Below are positions 25,651 to 39,484 of a DNA stretch of 64,000 nucleotides, one piece after another; the first letter of the stretch is position 1; every line of letters starts with the position of its first letter. Position numbers and translations under genes: made by a program. A model generated the notes under the pieces. That model was given only the letters and a program-made list of their open reading frames with translations, had not been told where the DNA came from and did no database searches. Source of the stretch: Leptogorgia sarmentosa (Eukaryota); NCBI GenBank assembly GCA_964658305.1, contig OZ210884.1, positions 372,001-436,000 on the forward strand, in the 5' to 3' direction.

Positions 25651-25949
25651 CGTCAAATTTGAACTGGTCAATTATCCCAGTAATTGAAGTTAAATCTCTG
25701 AAATTGTCACAGTGATTTACACATTACAGCCCGCTATGAAAAACCTCTTAAGATGTATAATACCTTCTTCCAGATAAACAGGCATGCCATGATAATTCAC
25801 AATTCTCTTTGCAAACTCATCCACCTTCGAAATATACCAGGAATATTCACATTCGCCTGTAATTTGCATTATCGACCTTCTTATATAATGATATTTTTGG
25901 CTAATAAACGGGAGGTATTATTTGGGTCAGAATCTGGGTACATAACCAT

Positions 25950-26070
25950 GCAAATTAGCCAACCTCACGCACGCAACGCGCACGCGCATTATCGCATCGA
26001 TGAGTTGACGCATGCGTGATGATTGCTAATTTTGCTTAGTGGCTTACTTGTTATTTTCAAAATGGCGGAC
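25950..26070. promoter_or_regulatory. Compact CpG-rich divergent promoter-like region with NRF1-like and YY1-like motifs
   Basis: GCGCACGCGC, ACGCATGCGT and CAAAATGGCGG lie between the two divergent start codons at 25949 and 26062. Confidence 0.5.
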
Positions 26071-29000
26071 GCTCATTTGTCATTTGTCTGAGAGATCGGT
26101 GAGTTTTCAAATTTACATATTATTTAATTAGCATATGCGAATTTTATGCGAAACCAAGATGAAAATTAATTTAAGCAAAAGTACACTATATAGACATAGT
26201 ACACTAAAAGTACGCTGTACAGTAATAATAAACATCCCTGTGACTATTTGACCGGCATCCAGTCGGGTATAAACAGAAAATACTATTTGACTGGCAATAT
26301 AGTAATTGTAGTTAAAGTCCATTTGTTTTTATAAATAAACCAAACCCTAAACCTGATCCTAACCTCATAATAACAGTCTAACCCTAAAGACTATGAAGCG
26401 AGAAAAAAATGTCTTCAAATTTTTAGTAAAAAATAAACAAGTTTTCCAGCAAAAAGCAACTCCAGCCCAACTGCCAAACCCCACTTCAGTTTGTAGTGCG
26501 ATGCGCTCCTTACCAAGGAGCTAGCAGCCAAGTCGAAAGCTCACCGTAAGCAAACAATTTTATATTAGACTGCAATACTAAATAGTCGGCAGCCGGTCAG
26601 ATAGTCACATCGAATATAATATTCAAGTGTTGATTCAAAATGTGTTCTGTATGGTAACTTATCTTAGCATATATTTCATCACTCTGAGAAAGTTCACAGA
26701 GAGGGGCTGAAAATTCAGTTAAATTTATGTTTTAAATAGAAATTTAAACATTTTACATCAGACACAACTTTAATTTTCTTATTATATTATCAGGACAGTG
26801 AATCAGATATAGAGTCAGACGAAAGGATGGAAGAAGATGAGAGAATGGAAGACGATACTGCTAGTCTGAGTAGTGGGAGACAGCAGATTGTCCCAAGGAA
26901 AAAACGGGTAACAACAGTATAATTTGTTGTAGTGTGCATGAATATCGATACAATTTTTGCCCTTGAAATAATACATTACAGTAAGAATCATAACATATAC
27001 GTATATACAGCTGATTCGAAACAGATAGTCCTTCCAAAACCTCAAACGATGAACTATGAGCATGCAAGGGATAACGGTTGTCACTTATTCAGCTCTATAT
27101 TGCATAATTATCTCAGTTACTGTAGCTTTAATTATCATTAGGGTGTCTCTACCAGACACCATACATTGGGACTACCTAAAAGCAATCTACAAATATTTGT
27201 CTATTTGTTTATTTATTTAAGTATTTGTGTTATAGATTGAATTTGTGAAAGATGCGAAGCAGAGGAAGAAGATAGACTACAGAACGTCTAATTCATTAAA
27301 ACGTGTGGTATGCATACAAAAAAATTTGGCTAAATTCTCAATATATACGTATGTATCACCTACAGGTGAAACAGAAGCTTACAGTAAGTAGAACATTCTG
27401 AACAGTATGGAATCTTCTATCCAGGTTAGTGAATGGTATGAACGAAGCAAAGTTCCAGCATTAGTTTTGTACTGGAAAAATGGTACACTTCATTCTTTGT
27501 GTAAGTATTTAATTGAATAATTAACTTTAATGCCACTTTATTCTCTCTCACTCCTCTCAACAGATTGGAATCTTTGGATGATAAAATTCACAAAGTGATC
27601 CATCCCTCTCTTTGAAAAACAGGCTTTTTAATTTATTGATTTTCTTAACATCTTGGTGCCCATCCTTGGTACAGGCCTATTGGAGAGAGGTTATGGTTAT
27701 GATATGTGTGATAAAATAGTAATGGCAGAAGGAAGTAATTTTGTTTTGCACAGTGAGTATGCATATAGTGCATACTAGCTGTACAATATAAATTTTTATA
27801 TACTGTTCAAATGTTGTTGCATTTACATAATCTCCATTTCAGGTCCACCTAGTATTGAACCAGCTTTAAGCAGTTTTGTTGAAGATTCATCTGTGGGTGA
27901 AAAATTTTCTAGATCTGTAATGCAGACTTTTTCTTCACGTATGTCTTGATGTAATTACATTTTAATGGGGAGCATAAATGGGTTGATTTAGGTGTCTGAA
28001 GGGTTTCTAGCAGTGCAGTATCTGCATCATAGTTGTTCCTAGTTGGTTATGAAACCACAATGATTGCTCGTGGTGGTGTAGTTCACCCTGCCAGCAGACT
28101 AGTTGCTATTTGACATTGATAATAATTTTTAGGTTAAGGTTTCATAATTAAACATTGTGAATAATAAAGCTAACAAAACTTTTTATTTCCAAGGATAGCT
28201 GTTAAATATTATGAGTAAATTATATTATCACAGTTAATTTTAATCTTGAAGTAATGTTACCTTTTAATGAAAGATTGACAGTATATACAGCCTTTTGATT
28301 TTGTATAGGACAAAACCCTCCATCAACATCAGACACATTCCTGTCACCATCTACATGTGCAACCAGCGTACCAATTATGAGTGATTACACACATCTAAAC
28401 ACAGAAACACTCAGAAAATTAGTGTGTGCCGCTGTGCAAGAATCTGCAGCTGTGGGTATGTTTGGTGATTAGATATTGTGAAATGTTAATACACTTAATG
28501 TCTACTGACGAGGGAAATAATTTTGCTTTCCTTAAACGCTCTTAGTCTCCCAGGAAACATTGAGTTTCAAAAGAAAACAAACTATTTCCCCTACAAGCAG
28601 ACATAAAGTGTTTTGTGTTCTAGTAACAATTAATGAAAATAAAAAATATTCATACAACAATTATATTTTGTGATGAAAACAATACAAAGTAACTGATCTG
28701 AAATTTAGATACTTGCATAAAGGATTTCCAAAGCATTTTCTGAAACTCATGTCACCCTCAGAAACAATTCAGGGTCATGAGTTATAATTAGGGTCATGGG
28801 ACCACAAAGTGGCCAATCACAATTGCCATTATGTAATAATGTAATAGCTATATCACAATTTTTCATATCTTATGTTAACTTTTGCATGACCATCAGCTGA
28901 TATCTTTTCAGGAAATCGTATAAAATGGACAGAGATGAGCTGCAAGCCTCAGTGGTGGCCAGAAGAGGTTGTTTGGAGAAATCCAAACAATAGGTCTACA

Positions 29001-29899
29001 GCTGGGCCAAAAATGAAATCTGCAGAGCTAGTTTTGGTTCTGTCCACATTTCGAGACTGGTATGGATCCATCTCACATCCAGGTGCTGGACCATCACATG
29101 CAGAGCAATCAGAATGTGGCAATGATCCTCAAAATTTGCTGGTTTCTGCACTGGGTGAATGTGACTGGACTGCAGAAGAAAACCAGTTGATCGAAGAATT
29201 AATGAAGGGAGGTGAAAATCTGCAGGTACAGTATGTTCTAAATAAATTTTTTTACATACAGTAGGATGCTTCGTTCTTGACATATTTGTGGAAAGTATGT
29301 CATTCTGACTATATAGAGCCTTGTTTTTGATTTTCCAATCAGATGCACGTAGCTAGTAAGTTGCCGAGCATGCGCGCAAAACGTGGGTACAACAGTTAGA
29401 CCTCTGTATGTAATTGCTCTGTGTCCACAGTCAGAATCACGAAAGCAGCGCTCTGTATTTCTTGGAAGGATGTATTGGAACTTACCTTTAGCAATATTTT
29501 AGAACACAATTGATTTTCTTGATGAGGAATGCTGTAATAAAGTTCTGTCAGTTTGCCGAAAGTTATCGTGGAGAGCACTGAAGATATGCGCACCTGAAAT
29601 TATGAACAGGATCAACAGCCACCCAAGTTTTAAACCATATGCTCATGATTACGTTGGCATGGAGAGGCTTGATAGAAGGTATTGTCATAACTGTCGTAAT
29701 TCGTGTGACTGGTATGAAACTCTATTGTTCATGGTGGTGATTGATACTGTACCTGTGAGTGGCACTGTTCCAGTTTAGTTTTGATTTCCTTTATGACTGT
29801 CTTGTATGGTATTATTCATATGAAGTTAATTCGTTTACGGCAAGCAGGTATAATATCACTCATGTCTTGCTCGCTACTCTGGTTTGTATAATTGGATAA

Positions 29900-30169
29900 A
29901 GATTCACGACCCAACGTTTTGACACCCCAGCCTAGTGCCTTCATCAGGGCTTTCCACGCGTGTGATACCAAAATGCCAACACTATACCACTAACAATCGG
30001 TATGGTCAAAGACGTTGCCTAGAAACGTGGCATATTAACATGAATCATCATGCTCTGAATAGAGATAACGGCAGTTATTTACCACAAGAGTGTCTCCACC
30101 TTGTTGGTAACTGAGATCACCCCTGATGAAGACACTAAACTGGAGTGTCGAAACGTTAGGTCGTGAATA
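29900..30169 (+). mobile_element. Penelope-like retroelement 3' remnant with inverted pLTR piece
   Basis: Encodes a GIY-YIG-type tail LNRDNGSYLPQE.LHL* followed by a hammerhead. 29901-29950 is an inverted copy of 30121-30168. Confidence 0.75.
30116..30168 (+). ncRNA. Minimal type I hammerhead ribozyme
   Basis: TCAC..CTGATGA-A-GACAC(loop)GTGTC-GAAAC-gttag-GTC^GTGA: both core boxes, stem II, a GUC cleavage triplet and a short stem I. Confidence 0.75.
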
Positions 30170-31320
30170 CACCTCGAAGGAGCTCTGTATTCATTTATAC
30201 AAATCAGAGTGGCGAGCAAGACATGAATAGTATTAATAGTTTGCTAGATTTTATTCCGCCGTCAAGTTCAATGTTGAGTGAAGATGCTGGCATTGAGTTG
30301 GAACCTTTCCAAGCAAGTGCGTTTGGTATTGCTTTTGGTGCAGTCTGTCTATACATTTGACTGGAAATGAAAGAAGACAGAATTTTCTTCGTTTGGCCTC
30401 TGCACTTAATGCAGTGATTAACGAACGGCGAAATATTGATAAGGTACAGTTTTGGGAGGATGCGACGATAATATACAACCAACATTGCATTGTTGTTGAA
30501 TTTTAAATTTACAGTAAATTGTTATAGGTGATTGAACAGTGTACCACTATAGACGAAGCACTGCAATGGTCTATTCTGTTTGCGGTACAGTGGATAATTC
30601 CAAAACTGAAATCAGAGAGATTGTCCAAGAAGGTTATGTCTCTGAAGTGAAGGAAACATTCACAAATTTTAGAGACAGTGGTATGCTTGATTATTATTGA
30701 TTCCTAGTCGAGTCTGTACTGGATATTTTGCGCTCCAGTGTAATCCTCAGGCCTGCGCAACCTTAACATGATGGAATCCTTTGTGTCTGGTAGTGTTGTA
30801 AACCTTGTGTTATTTGTATTACAATTTGCAGGATTATTACAAGTGTATTTGGCTTCAGACTTTTTGAGACGACCAATCAGGCAGTTCTGTTTGCTTCCTG
30901 GTGCCGACCATTATCGAACCCGAGTGGAGCCTTTCCACCTTCAAAATGATGAAGAGATTGGAACGTCCATCAATATCTTGTGGGTTCCCCTAACTGTTGA
31001 TCATGGGCAGGATAATCGTTACAATCACGTTGTTCCTTTGTTGCCCTGGAAGTGTGGTGCAGCACCTCACAAATTTTGCATCTTCAACAGTGTTATATGA
31101 ACAACAAATTTCCAACTTGAGGTCAGACTTGGCACAATGTGATTTGTGTCATGAGTGGTCTCACACTTGCTGTCTTGGCCTGTCATTGCACAATATAAAC
31201 AGATTGGAGAGGTTTAGTTGCGGTTGCGATGTATTACCAGCAGATGCTGATCAGATCACCACAAGGAATGCGTGAGTTATCATTATTATGTTCTGGCGCC
31301 TCATTCATTTATATACGCTT

Positions 31321-31434
31321 CGGGGAAGCAAATTTTGTTTCCGCAACAATGTTTCCAGGGGTGGACAAACTGGGAAGCATTGACAGGAAGCAAAATGTTT
31401 CCGCAACAATGTTTCCTAGTTTGCCCAGGGCTTT
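31321..31434. repeat. MITE fragment with duplicated GGAAGCAAA..TGTTTCCGCAACAATGTTTCC unit
   Basis: Two visible copies; ends TTTGCCCAGGGCT-TTA. Confidence 0.6.
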
Positions 31435-33020
31435 AGTAAATTATTAAATACGGCTGTAGCGAAGGTTTATTTTTACTATAGGGTTTATAATCAGATTACA
31501 ACAAATTTTAATGAAATTATCACATCTTCTTAACCAGTGCGACATACAATGACATGAGTATTTTCCAAAGTTGTGTACCAAAGCGACAACTGAAGGTCAT
31601 TTTTTTGTCAACTTCTAAATCTTTATACTTATTGTATAATTTATTAATATAATAATATTGTATTTTCCGTAAATGCTTTCTTCAGATTTTAGCAAAGAAC
31701 CTCAAAAGGAGCGTGATCCAATTCCTGAGGACTGGATCATATCAAACAAAGGATTCTCCATCTCAGATTCTCCTTCATTTGAAATCCCTTGATTACGGAC
31801 CTGTTCTGTCAGATAGTATGGTAAATAGATTACTCGCTGTTCATATATAAATGTAAAATGTGTACAAGAAATAACGTTGCATGAAATGAATCAAATGTTG
31901 TTCACAGGTGCAATCATTATTGGATGACTGTCTTCCTGTGGTAAATGAGGTTGGAGTTCCAGATGCTAACACATTCCTTGAAGATGTTCTTCTTCCAGAG
32001 GTATTACAAGTGTCGTAGTTTATATTTCTAAATTTCTAAATACATGCAGAACATTCGTGTTTATCGTTTTTATGGCTTCTTATCTTACACCACGGACAAC
32101 CGGTAGCTGAAGCCCATAACTGAATAAACTGAATAAACTTTGCACCGCTCTAGGAGTTAAAAATTTCCCAGAGCGTCAGCAAAACGAATACAATCAAACA
32201 CATTTTAATTCAATTATATCATATTGCATGCTTTATCTTTCAGGCTATTGTGCACGTTATCCGCAAGACAGAAGGCCTAAACTATTTCAGAGCATGGTTG
32301 TTCTATGCTAGGTTCAAGTCCTGTGCACAATTAAAAAGACAAACCAGGAGCAGAAATATAAATAATTAGTTTGTACTGTATATACAATAAAAATTGTAGT
32401 GTTCTTATTTTTATTGGAAAAAATAGGCGAAAATAAGATTGTTCGTGGCTTACTTGTTGCATTTCACAAATAGGTACAATGCTTATATCAATGCATGCCT
32501 TCATAAACACAAAACCAACTCAATTTTTTTCTGCGGTCCAAGGAATTAAATCTCCAAGGAATGATGAAACCGTCACTGCACAACTTGTCTAACACTATAT
32601 TGTGATAAGCTCACTTGCTTAACTAAGATAACCAGCATGACTACACTTAATCGAATTTAACACCATGCATGAGTCGCGTGTCCAGTAAAGAAAATTATAC
32701 ATGCATTTTAGCACCTCTCGCATCAATATCTGGTATGTTTAAGTTTTTACCACAATTACGACGCAAGAAGAACTATGTGCACTATAGCAAGCAATTATAT
32801 AATTACTTCAAATTACAAACATGAAAATGTCACAAATTATGCAACATAAAAGTATTTTGGAAGCCTTAGAAATTGTGTCTGGCAGACCATGATATTAATG
32901 GGTGAGTTCGATTCTCACACACAATGTTGGATTTACATTTCCCCTGCAAGTGGACATCAAGTGTTTTGTTTTATAGTAACAGAATAAAAATCCAAAAATA
33001 TTCATACAACAATTCTAGAC

Positions 33021-33349
33021 AAGAATGATAAAAAGTACTCATGATACACAGCGAAATCAACCATGGTTATTGAGATCCAAACTCTGGGTACGGTTAACCA
33101 TGGTAGTCTTTCGTGGTGTTTTGTATTAGAAATGATATTTTATCATCAGTTATGAGCTCCCTTGATCATTCTAAGTAAGAATGATAGAAAGTACTCATAA
33201 TACACAGCGAAATCAACCATGGTTATTGAGATCCAGATTCTGGGTACGGTTAACGATGGTAGTTTTTCGTGGTGTTTCGTATTAGAAATGATATTTTATC
33301 ATCAGTTATGAGCTCCCTTGATCATTCTAAGTAAGGATGATAGAAAGTA
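33021..33349. repeat. ~156-bp tandem duplication (2 copies plus start of a third)
   Basis: Units start AAGAATGATA.AAAGTACTCAT at ~33021 and ~33177. Confidence 0.9.
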
Positions 33350-36300
33350 TATAAGTACAATAAACGAATAATAGATAATTAAGAATTTGTGGTGAATGAT
33401 TATCAAGTTCGAGATAAATTTGCAGATCAGAAAAACCGAACTCAATATAATTATAGAATGATAAAGAAAGTATTTACGCATGAAAAATTATAGGTAGCCC
33501 TACAACAACTGTAAGTTCTTTGCCAATCGAATTGCATTTACCAAGTACAAGGTATAATAATGTCAATTAAATTGAACACGACTAATTGAAGCAAGCGGCC
33601 GTAGACAAAACGAATAGCCTCGAGATTGCGTGTGAGAATTGAACTCACACCATTATCGTAATGGTCACCCCGACACAATTCATGTTGCTATTCATATACC
33701 TTCTTGTATTGAATGCGTTGTTTTTTTAACGGTAGCTATCAACTCTGCAGTATCACGTGTACATTTATCAGTTCCACAGTGCACGGTCAATCACTCATTC
33801 AATTACTACATTGAAGAAAAGTACGAGTGATTCGGATTGTCGTTTAGGCGTAGAAATTTAAAAAAAATAGCAGACGTGATATTGAAATTAAAAATATGAT
33901 TTCGAAATTACATATTGAATAAATTTATGAGTTATCCAAAATAGTTCTGTTATGTTTAGATTCTGTGTTTTAGAATTTGTGTATAATTTTGAATTTTGAA
34001 GAAATCATTAATTATTGCAGTACAGTACAGTACAGTACAGTTAATAAAATAACTATACCATAATGAAATAATTATAAGTATGATGTTTAGGAATTGTAAG
34101 GAGCTGTAAGGTGTATTTATTTTTCCGGTATGCTCTATTTTGAACGTTATATATATAGATATATACATATATACATGGAAATGTTCAAGTATCTTGTTTC
34201 AAAAGAATTTCCCTATTTTTAAACCACAAATAAAAATTGCAATACCTTCAAAAGTTTTCATCGTTCATATAGGAAAGTGGTCCCTTGATTTTTTTGAGGC
34301 CTGAGTTGCTTTGTTCTGCGATCTGACTGTTCAGATAATCATATTCTGGATACCTGGAGATATGATACGCGCTGGAACAACCTTGAAATAACACATAATT
34401 AATACATTGTCAATAAATAGTCAATAAATAGTGATTAGACTCCACTGTATTGCACCGATTTTCACCACATTTACGCCATGTATGCAGGTTTTATATATTA
34501 AATTATAAAATGGCCTTTTAAGAACACGGGTGTTGTTTGGTCAAGAGCTCAAAAAAACCCATGTTTCTATAACATTTCGCACTTCGTGCTCGTGTTCCCG
34601 CCTCGGGATTCCAAAATACACGCGTGCCTCTATAACTCTATATAAACACGGAAAATGTTTTCTGTTTCTTAACTTATAGAATATATATTAAAAGTAGTGA
34701 CTGCATGAGATATATGCACGAATGATTATTACGTTCTAACCTGTGTGATCAGCCCAGTGGAGACGGTCAACTATAACTGTGTATTTTTGAAGAAGGCCGG
34801 GTCGCGATTAAGACAATAGGAATGCAAATTACAAGCGTTGTCATATACAACAACCCTGGGAGCTGCAAAAGAATGAAAATTTGGTTGAAAATGTTTAAAT
34901 TATTAGAAAAAACACGATGATGAATTTGCACAAAACGTGTACAAATGCTTTCTTCGAATCAAAACGAAATAATGTTCTGTCAGCAAAAGTTCGGTGAAAT
35001 TATAGATACTGTAAAGCGCGATCACAATGAATTGTTTTCGTTTGTCACAAGCCGCGATCAGATTGTAGATTTTGTTACTGCGTTTGAAAAGTAGACAAAC
35101 GTTCACGTTCCTGCACGATTAAAATTAATTTGACACACCTGCAGTGATTTGTTGGGCTCACTCTGCCAAATACTTTGTGTCCAGTCTTCAACATCTGGCG
35201 ATTTCGAAACCAAATCGTTTTAATTTTTGAAGACATATGGTTGTACTACGGGCAGCAAAAACATGTCCTCAATTGAGCTACATGCATGTTAGTCGAAATA
35301 CCTTCAGTATTACCTTGATCGTCATCGCAGGATTGTGAATGGGACATCTGGGGATTCGTTTGTTGTCATAACTGAGTACCCATAGTTAATGCCTAAAACA
35401 AAAATACCACTATGTGATTTACGTCAACCGGCCGGTAAGCATGAGGAAGACGTTTCTTCCTTTCCTCTTTTAGCATAACACAATTATTCAGCAGAATACT
35501 TACCATGCTGACAGAAAATTAGAAATATACCAGGAAGAAGAGTAGGATGTCTTCCAGATTTCTTCGTGCATCGACTATCCGAAACTCTGTTATTTCTGTC
35601 TGCAGCATACGTTCCTCGACCACGAACAGGTTTTAGGGAAGGGAAGTGTGATAACAACGAGGGAGGACTGACATCAGAATCATCTGGCGGCACACAATCT
35701 TCGAATGCATTATCCGCTAACTTCAACCTCTGTTACTAGGGGAATGAACTCCTGGGGTGCAAACGATTCAGGTAAAGATGACAGGAAACCAAACATAGAA
35801 GGACAGGATCTTTGCAAAACATCCATATCGCGTGGAAATTCCTTAACCGATACGCTGCATGTTCAGGATGTTGTCACAAACACGTCGTAATTCAAATTGG
35901 AGTATTACAGGAGATGTCCTTTACGAATGTGGAAATACCGATCGGTAATGGGGCTTCATTACCATACGTTTCAAGACACCAGTCGATGAAGGATGCAAGG
36001 GAGGGTATACTTTGGTGTAATTCAGACTGAATGCTATTTAACTCATCCATACTCATTGCAGATAGATCTGTACATAGTCTCTTTAAAGAAACTCTGGTGG
36101 CTTTAGATGTTACCAAAACTCTATTACGGTGCCTAGTAAAAAACGAAAAGCAAAACCAATTCAAATTATGATAAACACTGCTCATTGATTGTCTATCAAA
36201 CTGCATATGCTACAAACTGGTATTAGCAATTGTCATACTATTCTTATTATGAGGACAAACGTCTTAACCTGTTGCCAGTCAGAAAAATTGAAATGTATAA

Positions 36301-39300
36301 ATACTTATCTTCCGTGTCCAGGTTGTGTCATTGAAGTTCCGCGCCCAGTTTGTGTTGATAATTGTAAAGCCGAACACAAGTTTTTTCTGTACGCTAGGCT
36401 TGTACCATCACAAATAATGATCTGAGGAGCAGTTTTGCATATTGGACATTCAAACCCGGATGTGAAGTCGACGTCTAGAAGTTGCAAGAATGCATACCAC
36501 GCTGATCGCCAGTGATTATAATTCAGTGTAAGTTTATATCCAGTGAAGACTGCAGAGACAATGCACAGGACTGATAAAGCGTGTTCATTCATACACTGTA
36601 ATAGGAAATTGAACATAACTATAAGATGAACGAAATTAACGAAAGTATATTTCGGATGCTTACGATAAATTATTACAAGCGACTCACCCTCCTTTCAGAA
36701 ACAAGAACATATATTCCCTCAGAACGTCATATCATATCAGATAATTTCCCATGTTTAAAACGGTTCCTGCGTTACCATCAAACTTTCTATCATTCGTACA
36801 ATTGTCTCCCGAGCATGGTCGATTATAAACTGAATAAAACCAACAAAAAAATCATTATTATAATAATAATAATCATAACCAATTTCGTCCGTGACACTAT
36901 AGGTAATTCATCTAAAAACCAAATTAGAATTTTAGCGAAACAAACACCAAGCTTCAAACAAATGTTAATAAGCAGCCGAATTTATATTAAATTGACTGAC
37001 TCTTACAAACTGTTCTCTGAGCCAGTATGACAGATTCATCCCTTATAATGGGAATATTAGAATTTATAAGTTACAGTAGAAGATATCAGAATTTGATACA
37101 AAAAATGGAAGCTCCCGAAAAAGATGGTGAACGTTTCAAGGTACGTGCATTTTCCACAAACCTAACAAAATGACACTCCCGCATCAATTTTGGCAAACAA
37201 ATGAAAAGAAGAAGTAAAATATTATAATGAACACAAACATACCAAAACAGTTGAAGATGCATCGCTTGGCATACAGTTTCGCAGTTTTGATATGCCATGC
37301 TTCCTCTCTTGGATCTTTATCTCTAAATCTGCATCCACATAACATGCAGGGGTCATCGTTAATGGCTGGTAAAGCAGGGAAGAGAGCTAGGCATTCATTG
37401 CCTTCATCATCCTTAACTTCGGGGAAAATGTTTTCTGGTCCGAGTAGGTATGAACGACGCAAGCAACCAGAAAGGTCAAAAGGTATTTGCATCGTAGATA
37501 CAGGAGACACCAAACAGTCCCTGGAACATCCTGAGGAGACATCCCTTTCCAGAAAATCAACAAGGAGCTCAGGAATATCAAGGTCATCCAATGGCCATTG
37601 CCGTACCAGCTTAGCGTGCTCACATTGAACTGATGAGCATGGGATGCATTTAACTGAGCTATCACGCTGCTTGAATAGTACACCAATACTGGTAGCATCA
37701 TGCATAGAAACGCCTATTAAACTGTCATTCATCTGAATGCCAAACAGGTTAGTGGTACTCTAAGTGTAAGTAAGAAACAAAATGTAATGTTAGAAAGATT
37801 CTATGCATATACATACAGTAATACAAAAAGACAATGCATTTTGTACCTTCTCATCATCCAGTATAATAGACCTTTATAAAAAGGATGACGTCAGCAGGCC
37901 TGATGATGTCATCCTTTTTATAAAGGTGTATTACATGATTTCACAATTCCTTTAAATATTAAAGGTGCCCTCCACTCATAATGTAAACAAATGCTTTGTT
38001 GACATTTTGAACAGCTATATTTGTAAAATATGATAATACTAACAGCATATCTAACGCTGTTTTGGTTTGCTATGGTCATAAATGGATATAAACCAGAGTT
38101 TTGATTCAAAAAAAGTTCGGAACATTACAAAATTTTTGCAATGTTATATCTGCGGGTCCCGATTTGTTATGAGCAGAACCGATGCGCAGAACGGAGTCAT
38201 GGACATCACCTTTAAATATTTGGGAGGGGGGGGGGAATTCCCCCTCTATATTACGAAAAAGAGATAATTGGAAATCAGTCATTAATCACATCGGCAAACA
38301 CATACATGTACCTCATATGTATGATCATTCATTGAATGTGCACGTTCATGTACTTCTGGAGTAATTCCATGAACACTGTCATAGTGTTGCAGTAAGTGAC
38401 ATATTGCCTTGATGTGGATGCATGACGAATTACGAATATCTACAATGAAAAAGTCAGCCTTGAACTTGGAATATAAACATACTAAAGCAAACACAATCTT
38501 GATACCTGTAAAGCATTTGTCAATTGTTAGTTAATCCCGTCATCAGACATAAAAAATATTAAATACTACTGACTGACAATATGGTTAAATGTTCAACAAC
38601 AACTGACAGCGACAACAAGAACAAGCAAATTTGATTTGTTACACAAATTCAGGATTGTTCTCATTGTACAGTTAAAGACTTTATATGAATGAAAGGTATC
38701 ATACTGGGGCCGATTGTATCAAAGACAAAGGCATTTTATAGCTTAAAAGTGGATTTATGTAACAACTTTGAAACATTCCTATTCTTCTTATAAACAACTG
38801 AACTTGCATTTTATCAACTAAATGTATAGTTTTATGCATTGTTATTATGTTACGACAGAAAAATTTAATTTGCCTTTGTCAATAGTTCATAAACGCTAAC
38901 CCTAACGCCACTTATACAATGAGTGAGTGGCCCCTAAATAAACATACCTAGTGGCTCCTGTTGTAATGACTTTGACAGGCTAGAAAGTAGTTGACTTCTT
39001 CCAGGAGAGCAAGAACAGCTATACAGCCAGTCAAACTGGTTTCTAGGCACATGATGCCAAACTCTTCTATTTACCACAATGAAGCGCATGTCCTTTCACA
39101 AAAGAAACTTTAGTAATATTTCAATCATTATCACACATTCTAGGTAGCAATTTGCCCTAAGCTCCAGCTAAAGGGGTCCCCCACAAAAAAAGGAACAAAC
39201 CGAAATTGTACATGTCAAATATAAGCTCAAATACCCTCCTAGAGTGCACGATTTTGCCATTTTTGAGACCTTAGAATTCAAAATTTTCCCGAAGATTTAT

Positions 39301-39484
39301 ACTCCCACAGCTTGTGATACTACAAGATTGAATCTCAAGAGCTCCTGTTTTGTCCTGTCCCAAAATTTCGCTGGGTAGCCCTGCTGACAGTTGTGTGTGC
39401 AGACAGAGACATCAACAAATATTTTTTTCATATATTTAGGCATACAGCATTGACAACAGAGCTACAGACAAAAGAGTCAGGACA

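Larger units (their letters stand above)
16755..25949 (-). pseudogene. FERRY3: FERRY3/C12orf4 homolog, unprocessed pseudogene. Exons ~25949-25764, 24693-24363, 21948-21862, 19697-19524, 19148-19092, 18317-18251, 16853-16755.
   Basis: Exons have GT/AG ends and translate to C12orf4-like peptides: YHGMPVYLEE, FSEMYHSLIHSSALVTLLQLENTY, FASICQQSTDFHFPDLDKQ, AELVLKCVK, GFMMECASW, MFHTLSNMLPSIFRVS. There are stops in exon 1, apparent 1-nt deletions in the 19148 and 18317 exons, and internal exons were not found. Confidence 0.88.
26062..32369 (+). pseudogene. Decayed multi-exon gene: NRF1/Ewg-like DNA-binding domain + OTU (vertnin-like) + PHD finger
   Basis: Exons 27236-27307 and 27425-27500 give IEFVKDAKQRKKIDYRTSNSLKRV/VSEWYERSKVPALVL. 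Exons 28309-28455 and 28912-29225 give LRKLV...KWTEMSCKPQWWPEEVVWRN. At ~30320, G(N)CFWCSLSIHLTGNE..LR (frameshifted). ~30840-31050 gives LASDFLRRPI..INILW..NHVVPLL. ~31130-31230 gives QCDLCHEWSHTCCLGL..FSCGC. Last exon 32244-32369 is followed by AATAAA. Confidence 0.7.

Noticed and set aside
27236..27500. MADS-box domain
   Set aside because: Superficially SRF-like (IEF..R), but the downstream SCKPxWWPE motif and the residue pattern fit NRF1 better.
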